Below are positions 51,708-61,878 of a stretch of DNA of 64,000 nucleotides, piece after piece. Below the pieces are notes generated by a model. That model ran no database searches and had not been told where the DNA came from. It saw only the letters and a program-made list of their open reading frames with translations. Location of the stretch: contig OZ241833.1 in assembly GCA_965202585.1 (NCBI GenBank), positions 50,220,001-50,284,000 of the forward strand, given 5' to 3'. A program made the position numbers and the translations under genes. Source of the stretch: Thalia democratica (taxonomy: Eukaryota). Each line of letters begins with the position of its first letter. Position 1 is the stretch's first letter.

Positions 51708-52595
51708 TGAATTACTAAAATTCTATATTTTAAACGTTTTGTGTTTTGCTTTAAATTAACATAGAATTTAGTGGTTTAATTTTGTTATTTTCCTTTAGAT
51801 TATTTTATGGCATAAAATGTTTTGAGAATATTATTTGCAACTTCTTGATAAAATAAAACAATGAATTTTTAAAATTAAAATAAATTAAAACCACCTGAAA
51901 ACTAAAATAAATTAATAATACTTTTCAAATTGTACATCTCTTTAGAATAGTTTCACTTAAAATTTATTTCTACAGTCGTTTTAAAATTCTTTTTAATATA
52001 ACAAACAAAATTATGTTTTAGTAAAAATGAATAAATTTTAGAAAAAAATTCAATTTTTAGAAAAATCTGATTGATTTTATTATAAATTAACGAAAATTAC
52101 GCTTGATTTAGTAAAAAACATTAAAACTAAGTTTTCTGTGGGTAGGCTGTGGTTAAAAGAATCAACTGCCGTTATATATACGTAAAAACAAGTGGGTTGC
52201 TTAAACCAGTGTGCACGATATTTTTTTTCAGGTGCACAAAACTTTAGTGTGCACCAAATTTTTAGGGTACACAAAAACAAAATTCAAGTTTTTTTGTTTT
52301 ATTTATTTCAACCGAAACAGCATAATATTAAAATTAAATCCAGCACTATTGTTTGATTTGCATTTTCATATAGTCGCATGAAATTAATTAGCATTTATTT
52401 AAGTATGACACTTTAACTGGAAACATACAATCGTATATTAAGTATTCAGTGTAGAGTTATCAAAATTAAAACAAAATCCTGGAAACTCTGAAAACCAGGA
52501 ACTTCAAAATGGGTGTTGCCACTCGTTCAAGTCGGAAGTACCATCCCGCACAGTTACATCCATACTTACAAGAAATATTAAGTACTTTTGCCAAA

Positions 52596-55500
52596 CATTA
52601 TACTTTAACAAAAGTAGATTTTCAAGGATTTTTCTTGCCAAAGTGCCGCAGTGATAGTCATAACCACCTGTGCTACAGTCTACGTAACCCTTTTATTTTA
52701 TACTTGTTTATGTTCCTTTAAAATTAATTAGTATATACACAAGTAGCTCCGTTTTGAACTACTTTGGAGCACAAATAAGATCAATTCAGAGGTAAAAGAA
52801 TGTCATTAGTTCTTCCCTTTTCATCAAAAACAGCTGATATTTATTAAGAAACTTTTAGATGTAAAAACTAGTGTGTCTAGTTTTTACTAGGTTTAAAAAC
52901 TGGTGTGTTTACTACAAAAGTGAAATTTTACTTCGATTTAAGTTAAAACTTTTGAATGTTTTTGTCACCAGGTCATAGCAAATCGCGTTTACTTGCGATC
53001 GTACAACAAAACTTTTTGGTCTTCTCGAGTTATAACTTCCAATTCGGAGTTAAACTTTATAAGATTAAAAGAATTATTAGTTACTTTACCTCTACACTTC
53101 AGACTTTTTATGACTGTTTAAAATGTAATCAACGCATTAACAACACAACGGGTGTCCACAGTTTTTTTTGTACTAAATTTTATACTAAAGTTCATGTTAC
53201 AATCTGCCTTAAAAACCCAGTATTTAGTTGTCATAATTTCAAAGCAAGTAAAACTCTCTGAACCCAAGTGATTTTCCAGAACAAATCTTATGTGCATTAC
53301 AACTTACTATAGTATTGAATGAAGCTATATGTACACAATATATATTATAAAACCTGAACTATAATGCCAAAAAATGGCAGAAATTTGGATTTGTAATAAA
53401 TGAGTTTTCCAGTTATCTACTTTTTTAATATTACAAAAATTGCTGGATATTAAAGTCATTTATATAGGTTATAAACGCAACTATAAATTAATAACTATTG
53501 TTGAACACTGTTCTTGTATAAGTTGTAAAAAACAAGCCTTTCACTTTAATTAAACAAAATATCAGATAAAAAACAAAAAATTTTATGACCACTAATATTA
53601 ATAAATAGTTTAAAATAAAATAATTTCAATGGTTTTAATCAACACCACTGTGGAGATCTTGGAATATACTTTTCTACGTTTTCTGATTTAAAAGTGGTTT
53701 TCAGTGAATTTTAAAATCACATTTCGCATTAACAAATAGCTTAAATTTTAAAATAAAAGATGAGTTGTTATGTTGAAATCGCTAATTTTCCCTGCTTTGT
53801 GATAATAGTAAATAAGTTTACAAAATAAGTAGTTGTAACACTGCGAAGTTTAAATTTGTTAAAGCATTATGACGTTTGCTTAACGACCAATTTTTAATAC
53901 AAAATGCCATTCTTGTTGTAGCAACGGTCAGTTACTGATGAACTCTGATGAATGACACATCACTTTCTATCACTTTGAATTGAATCTTTGAGTGGAATTC
54001 AGTTAAGCGTTTGAACTTTTATAAATTTGTTGCTTTAAAAGAAAGTACCAAATAATAGATTAAACTTTGTTGCTTATTAAAAAAAAACAAAAATATTTTT
54101 TAGTTTTATTAACTTTGATAAGTTATATGATCACAAATGGTTTTGGTAAAATTAAAAGCAAAAATAAATAAAATTTGTTTTAGATTAATTATTTAAGAAG
54201 TAAAAAGCTTCACCAAGAAAAGAACAAAATTTATTCTCTTGACGTGGTATGGAACAAAAACAAAAAACTGCTCTAAAAACTCTGGACCAACATGTTATCT
54301 CCTCAGGTATTCAAAAAATGAATGACAAAATATTAAAAAGAGCTCCAAACTAAAAAACTAATTCAGATTGCAAATGAGCGTAATGTAAAAACATGAGCTA
54401 TTTATCAGCTTACTTGTTTTAAAGCCTACAATCATCTAAAAAATTGATATATTTTAAAGAGTGTTCTACAGAAGTTAATTTTGCTCACTATCAGAAGACA
54501 TTTGCTTTTGGTAAGTGTTGCCTCTACAATGCAGCTTCTTGTTTATATAAAAGATCACGTGTCACTGAACAACTTATAAAGAAAATGTATGGTCGTAAAA
54601 AACCACAGTTCAAAAAAGCTCTAAATATGAGGTAGCTGTGAAGACAAGACGTAGTTAAACATTTATTCAAATAGAAATTCAAGCGTATTTATAGTGAGTT
54701 TAACTTCAAAATCAGAGTTTGCTAAATCATGGTTCAAAAATATTTTTTCAAGCAAACAATAAATTACATGTGGTAAAATGCTAAGTAAAACATTTTTAAG
54801 GTAATTGTTGATGAAAGTAAATTATATATTACCAAACACTGTTTTCCTTGCTATAAGCGTTAATTTGAATAGTTAAGTAGATACAGACAACTATTTCAAG
54901 CTAATGCTAAACGATTATGTATTCAAAATAAAATCAATCTTCAATACAACAGGATGCAAATAAAAAATTAATTTCTGAAGAAGAAGGATTATGTTTTGAG
55001 TTGTGTAAGTATTAATTATAACGTCAAGTCATGAAAGAGATGTGAAAACTATATATTTATGAAGAAAATTTTCCAATAGCAGAAAGTTTATGATTAATTT
55101 GCCTAGATGCAAAACAGCATAAACATTATTTTTAGTAGTAATATTAATTTTCTTACTTGAACAAAATGCTTGTAAAAATGAAATAAAAGCTTTTAATAGC
55201 ATGAATGTATAATACATACAACAAAAATTATTGTACTAATATTCAATTTTGAATATTATAATCTTTGTTTAGGCGATGGTAATTGGAACAGAGATGCTTA
55301 AATAGATTTTTATTAATAAAAAATAAACACCTCAGTAAAAGAAAGTTCAAAACATCAAAAGTTTTAGATTACAGGTAGCAGCTTATTATCTTGCATCAGC
55401 TGCCTATCTCCAAAAAGATAACGGAAAACCTTGCAAGTTGAATTTATAATGTTATCATCACAAAAACTAGTCTTGCTTTGTTTATAGTGGTGCTCTTGAT

Positions 55501-57925
55501 CTGATATGGAACAGAGTATGGAAAATAATTAGGCGTAAGACCAGTTTTAATGTTTTAGGCAAATTTCAACAGTTTTAAACGCAACATACTGTGGGGAGAT
55601 TTTGCAATATATTTTTTTACGTTTACTTCGTTAAAAGTTTTTAAAACTTCAGAGTGAATTATATTGTTTAAAAAATCGCATTTTTCTTTAACAGACAACT
55701 TAAATTTAAAAAAAATGAGTTGTTATGCTTAAAAGTTTAAGCAATAAAGAGTAAAAGAGCATCTGCAAGTTATAAAATAACAAATGGTTTTTGTACAGTT
55801 AGTTAAATGATAAGCAAAAATGAAAAAAAAAGCTTCACACTTCTCAATTAAGAAAAGAAGTCAAAAGCTTCACCAAGAAAAGAACAAAATGTTTTTTTTT
55901 AATAGTTTGTGCAATTACTTCGTTATAGAAGCAATATTGTTAAAATTTAAGACAAAATTGAAAATAGTAAAACGAGATATGACATTTGAAACTTTATTTT
56001 ATCATACAATGACAGTTACAAATGACAGTGTATAAAGTTTCTTTTGGGTGCTAAAGTGTTTTCCAAAAATTTTTGATAAAAAACACTTGAGTAAAGTTTG
56101 TAGACTATGTAACAAACAGTTGTTTAATCAGCTAGACCTCTAAATAATGGACGATTAAAAATCTTTGTTTGATATTGTCTTTAGTATTAACCCTAGTACT
56201 AAAAAAATAAACATTGAAATTTTGTCAAAACTGAATAAGTTATGTTAGATATTTCTAGTCATATAAAATTTATAAATATGTCACTGAAAAACATTTCTAA
56301 AACACCATTGGCTAGCGGTTTTTCCAAAAAAAATTTTTAAGCTTTTTGTTAAAGCAAGATGCCATCTTAAACGCAAAAAATGTTGGTCAAATTATTAGAA
56401 ATACAATTGAAGTAAAAAATTCATACCAAATAAGTCAAATAATGATATAAAGTTTTATTAGATTAGTATCTCTTGGGTTTCCCTAGCCCAATTAAAGAGC
56501 GTTAATTTGTCAACAAACGGAAACATTTGTTAGTTTTATAAAGAGTGCTGTGATAATTTGATACAAAATTTAGTATTTTATGAAGATTAAAATACTCACA
56601 GTACAGTTTTAGTACAAACAGAAAGTCAACAGTTTATGACTTCAAAATATTCTGATAAATTTGTTTCTTGTTTCATGAAGAAAGTTTATAAGCCTCATGT
56701 ACGAACTTGTAACATAATCAACCAAAACATCTTTAAAATGAATAATAGACAAAAATAATATTTTATATATTTGTTGTGCGTTTTGTTAGTCTATGCATTT
56801 TAGAAAATATTTAAAAAAAATGTATGCAGGTTCTCTTGTAAGTTTAGAATTCATTTGTTTTTGATCCAAAAACAATTTCATAGATCATTTTTTGAAAAGA
56901 CATAATTTAAAAGCTAATGTAAATATTAATAAAAGTACCTCTAAACTTTTTTTAATATCGGACTTTTAAAAGTTCAGATTAGAAACTTCACTTTTTTCAA
57001 TGATATCGATTGTAGATTAACTTCAAAATCACATTTTGCTTTAACAAAGAGCTTAAACCTTTTTTTAAAGTAACACAAGTATTACAAATGGTCAAACATA
57101 AAATAAAACATTTTTGAGGTAAATAAAGCAAACAAAGATCCTTTTATGTCTTGATTTTTAGTACAAAAAAAAGTTAAATATTAAAGTCTGGTCGCACTAG
57201 TTGAGTTTAAAATTAAATTCTAAAGTTATTTATAACTCAAATAGTATTTTCTTTGCTTGTAAAAGACAAAGTATTAAGAGAAAAATGAAGTTAATATATA
57301 TTCATTGTAAGTTTTCTAACAGCCTTGGTTAGCTTAACTTTCTTTTATGTAAGGGCCTAAATATAAAAGATTTTTTTTAGTTTGATCCGCAAAAGACATG
57401 TCAATTATTTTACCCAGATGATTGCCTTTTGTTGGGATTCAACTAAAAATAATTTAATAAGAAATTCAATTTTTAGACTAGGGCAATAAAAAACATTTAG
57501 TTACTTTTTGGATGCTAAGCCTGCTTTAACAATGAAATTGATTTAGAGTTCTTACATTATCTACAAATAGCTCAATTGTTGGACTTTTGAAAAAACTTGT
57601 TTAATCAACTAAACCATTTAATTATGAATCAGACAGTATCTTTGTTTATTATTACCTCAAGCGAAACTTCTAATTCTCTAGAAACAAACCTTGAGATATT
57701 CAACTGATTTAGACGTTTTCAAGATGTCTCTCGGTTGAGCAGTTGAATTTTCTTTCCGGTCTGGATGAAAATTTTGTTTCTAAAAGAATGCTTAAAATTT
57801 GATATAAAAAATAAACATTTTTTAAAACGCTCACTACATGTAAAGAATTTGTTTCCTAATGCAAAACTTTTCTTCAAAATTAGTTTCCTTCAATGCAAAA
57901 TCACATTTCGCCTTAACAATGAGCT
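52596..57925. repeat. Dispersed degenerate repeat motif (aaaatcacatttYgcYttaaca-like), at least 6 direct copies and 1 inverted copy
   Basis: Copies near 52596, 53713, 54701, 55671, 57018 and 57897; inverted copy at 56336-56361 (24/26 match to 57032-57057). Confidence 0.55.
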
Positions 57926-60900
57926 CAGGTCTTTTAGGTTTGTATTCAGTTTGAAATTGTAGCTGACATTGGAACTAAATACCTTAGTAGTTTTTATTAA
58001 ACCAATTTAAATTAGCTTTTAAACAAAAAAAGGTAAAAAATCTGTATTAAGATTTGAAAGGTAAAAGACCAAACAGAAAACATTTACAAAACAAATTCAA
58101 AAGATAACTATAATACTTAACCACTTCTAGCTGGAGCAAAATGATAATAAATTTAATTTGTTGTACAATTTGAAGATTTTGCTTAAAACCATTATGACGT
58201 AACTTTGAAAAAATTCAAATTTTTACATTTAGCTATACACGTAGAATTTGTACTTTAGCAGTAAATAAATTGTTTGTAAACAAGTAAATCATTTAAAACT
58301 CCTTCTTTTATATCAGAGCAGGAATCTCTGCAGTCTTTGAAATAAGAAAATTAAACTCGATTAAAGTAAACAATAACAAATATAAGAAAACGTTTTGAGT
58401 CTAGATTCTTAGCAAACTAATCACAGTATGATATTGTGCGCGTAGTAATGTTCTTGTAGTTATAGTCTATTAAACGACAAAAAAAAGACGTTCAAAATAT
58501 CTTGTCGAATATTTTTGCCCTAGGACCTTAAGTACTAAGAAGCTTTTGGTTATCAAGTCGCAAACCACGAATGCCTTTTAACGTCTTGTTCGGAACTTGA
58601 AGATTAATTTAATTAAATGTGCAGATGATAGTGTTGTTGTTTTTTATTAAGACAACAGATCTCAGTAACTGCTACAGTTTCAAATGTTATGAACATAAAG
58701 TTAATAAAATTTATGAAATAATTCTGTTTGGTATACCTAAAACATTTAATAAAATTAAAAAAATAGAAGCAGCTTAGCTAAAAATATGTTTTTCCTTTTA
58801 TTAATAATCAATTAATTTTAAATCTATTCTTGCAATCTAGTTTAACTTAGTATTTTAGTTTCATTTTAATCTTAACATTAGCACTAGTTGTACTTACATA
58901 GAAATACAAATAAAAATTTTAGTATAAAAACTCGTAATCTTTACAAAACTTATGTGATTAAGCTGGATTTAAATAAAATCAGTCTTTTTTGCTTTGTTTA
59001 CCTCTGAACTATGAAACCGAAATGACTGAAAAAAAAGTTGTTAAAGTTTAATAAAATAAAGAAATTGTATTTACTGAGTTTGAAAAATATCAATCAAAGT
59101 ACATGGGCTTTAATTTAGAAGAAAACGGTTTATATTGACAGTATAATTATAATACAAACATGCATATGCATTATTTAAAACGTTTTTTCTAATTATTGAT
59201 TTCTACAATTTTAAACTTGTTAAACAAAAATTTAAAAAAAAGTAAATATATTTATTTAAAATTACTTTAAACATATACAAAATTATGATTTTTATAGATA
59301 CCAAATGATTAAAGTTATTATAATTTTTATATAGTTTCTTAAACAACTTAACAAAGTATAAAAAAGAATGTTGTTTTATAAACCTAGAAAAAGATCTTGA
59401 TTATTTGTTTGTTAAATTAAATAAAAAGCAACTTTTGTATAAAACTTCTGACACATACTGGATTTACTGTTTTGATAGTGTCTGCAGTTGTGTACGAATG
59501 TTAGAGTTATTTTGTACACAAGATTCCAAAAACAATTTTTTGAGCATTTCCTTTTTGTGTTTAACAAACTTACTACAGTGTTTTAATCCAAAAAAAATGA
59601 TGATCTGACTTGTTTTTGTTTTAACGTAAAGTAATCAGTTAAAAATATTCTTTACTTTTGAAAAAGTTATAAATAATAAGTTGAATTTGATAGTTCTAAT
59701 TGTTTTGTAATTTTTAAAAAACATAATGAATACGTAAAACTGTAATATATACATTGTACACTATAGTAGACTAATAGACTAAGCTTAATCTTAAAATTTA
59801 CTACCTCTTTCAACTAAATAAGAATAAAGTCTTTTTGTTTAGATTTAAAGTTACCTCTAGTGACAACAAAATTTAAAAGCTTATTTAAATTTTCTTAAAG
59901 TAAACATTTCTAATTAAATGTTTTTAAACTTTTCAAATAACACATATTTGATTTTAGTTCACAAAGCGCGTAATAATTTTAAGTTGTAAGTGAGCAACAA
60001 ATATATTATATATACTTAATTAAAGAGTGTTTGAATTATTTTTCAAATAGCAACTTAACTGTCTTTTTCTATTAAAAAAGTCTTGTATTTAACTTACTGT
60101 AAATATATTTTAAACTTTATGTTTTAAATACGAGTTTAATTGTATTTGAATGTATTTATTATTACACCTTTAAAACTTACAAAAAGATAGTTCAAGTTAA
60201 AATAAAATATGCAAAACTGTACAAAAATAAAGAATTTTAGAATTGAGTAAACATAAAAAACGTGTTAGTTAATATAATGGTTTATAATAAATAGTTTATA
60301 ATGAATGGTTTATTTCAGTTTTTCATCAACTTTTTTTTTTTTTTAACCTTAATTTTAGTCATGTAGTTTTAATGTTATAAGAAGTACATTAACAATGTTT
60401 AATTATATATACTTTATTAACCTTAGTGTTCTTTAACTAAAGTTGAAATTTGATTATTTTTGTAAACTATTGAAAATAATATACATTAAAAGTGCAAATA
60501 CTTGTTAAATTCAAAACAATTGTTCGACGGACAGATGTCAATCTCATCAAGTTGTAATAAAAATTTGTATCTCCATACGTTAAATCGAGCGCTCTAATGT
60601 GAATAATTTTAAATATACCTCGAATACTGCTGAAAGTATAAACCTCATGTTTTAAGAAAATGATCTACCATCTAACTTAAGCTACTAAACTTATTTTAAA
60701 CAAACTTGCATGTTAAACGTTCTTTAAGGATTATCACAGCAAGCGTTTGAAAAAGTAAAAGTCTTAGACATATTCAATTTCATTTATTAGTTTCTGCTTT
60801 GAGATTTTTATTCTTATTAACAGGTTTGTGTAAATTTCTCACATATCCCGTATTATTTTGAAGTTGCTAAACAGTGATTAAAATTTAATTTTCTTGTTTA

Positions 60901-61878
60901 TATAAATTTCTATTTGATTTAATGGTTTTAAAATGAATGTGTCATAAATTTCTATGAAAAATAAACACGTTTTTTTCAGTGTAAAGTTAAGAATAGATCT
61001 TTAGATAATTCAAATTAAGATGATGCTGGAATAGCTATTTTAAAGTTTATTGAACTACCTTTAAAATTAATGAACTTAAAATTAACTAAACAAAGTTTAG
61101 TTAGTATTAGTGTTTTATTTTGCTTATAGTACTATTGAGTTAAGTTTATTTAAACTGTATGAAATAACTTTGTTATTTTTTCTTTTTATTTCTCGTTTTT
61201 GTTTAATAAACTTATTTACTTAATGTTAGTTCATAGTAAAAATATAAAACATACAAAATTATAAATATTTAAAAAAGTTATAGTTGTATATATAATTTTA
61301 TTTAAAAAACATCATGTATAAGACCTTTTGTTATAAACAAGAAGAAAATAAATTAGTTTGATATAAGATGTAACGTTATAAGGCGTTAAATCCTGGAGAT
61401 CCTGATAAGCTAAGCTTATCGGAATGTATATCACAGATGTTCTTGTGCTAAAACTATATTCCGACTAACGGCGTTTCACTGCTCTCAAATAAATTTAAGA
61501 ACAGATCTACGGAGTCTATAAAATGTTAACACACATTAGAAAAAAAGCAGAAAAAGCATGTATAATTATGTATAGTGTTTATCTAGGTAGTAACTATAAA
61601 TGGGCTTTATGGTTTAAAAACAAAGTTTGGGATAAAAGCGTAAAATTATAAAATTGTCTACAAAAAAAACAAATTTAATAAAAGTAGGCACCAACCTCAA
61701 AAAGCTCTAAGAATAGGCAAATTTTAAAAATGAAAATTAAATTGAGTTGTGCAGAAATGTTACGTCATAATAATTTTAACAAATTATTCAATAATTTATA
61801 CAGCTTGAAAACATGAAGTATTAAACTTGCAAGAATATATAAGTTTTGTGAAATAAATTAGTACATAAATAGACAGAG

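Larger units (their letters stand above)
1..51735 (+). repeat. Tandem array of CK1-like kinase gene fragments (30 kinase-bearing units + 6 tail-only units; open at the left edge)
   Basis: Start codons recur at 422, 1928, 3434, 4940, 6446, 7952, 9459, 10962, 12464, 13970, 15473, 16976, 18479, 26550, 28031, 29541, 31020, 32500, 33980, 35460, 36940, 38440, 39941, 41442, 42943, 44444, 45945, 47446, 48943 and 50704, with the same ~770-bp spacer. Unique sequence starts after ttctatattttaaac at 51735. Confidence 0.98.

Noticed and set aside
1-51735. CRISPR-like or prokaryotic repeat system
   Set aside because: Units are 1.1-1.5 kb and gene-sized with no unique spacers; no cas genes; the context is eukaryotic.
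52211-52272. Four gtgcac/gtacac palindromes spaced 17-21 bp apart
   Set aside because: Too short and degenerate to assign; no terminal repeats or target-site duplication found.
57850-57975. SH3-like exon (VKAKCDF resembling ALYDF) on the minus strand
   Set aside because: The similarity is limited to a few residues, the WW region is absent, and related copies contain stops.
52080-59608. Short ORFs of 62-101 aa (52080, 52509, 52956, 54444, 55029, 55820, 57765, 59405)
   Set aside because: Mostly non-ATG starts, AT-biased composition and no domain motifs. Isolated splice-like signals (e.g. gtaagt at ~54512) do not add up to a supportable gene model.
61465-61500. Minimal hammerhead ribozyme on the minus strand
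   Set aside because: A GAAAC element is present, but there is no CUGANGA core or matching stem I upstream.
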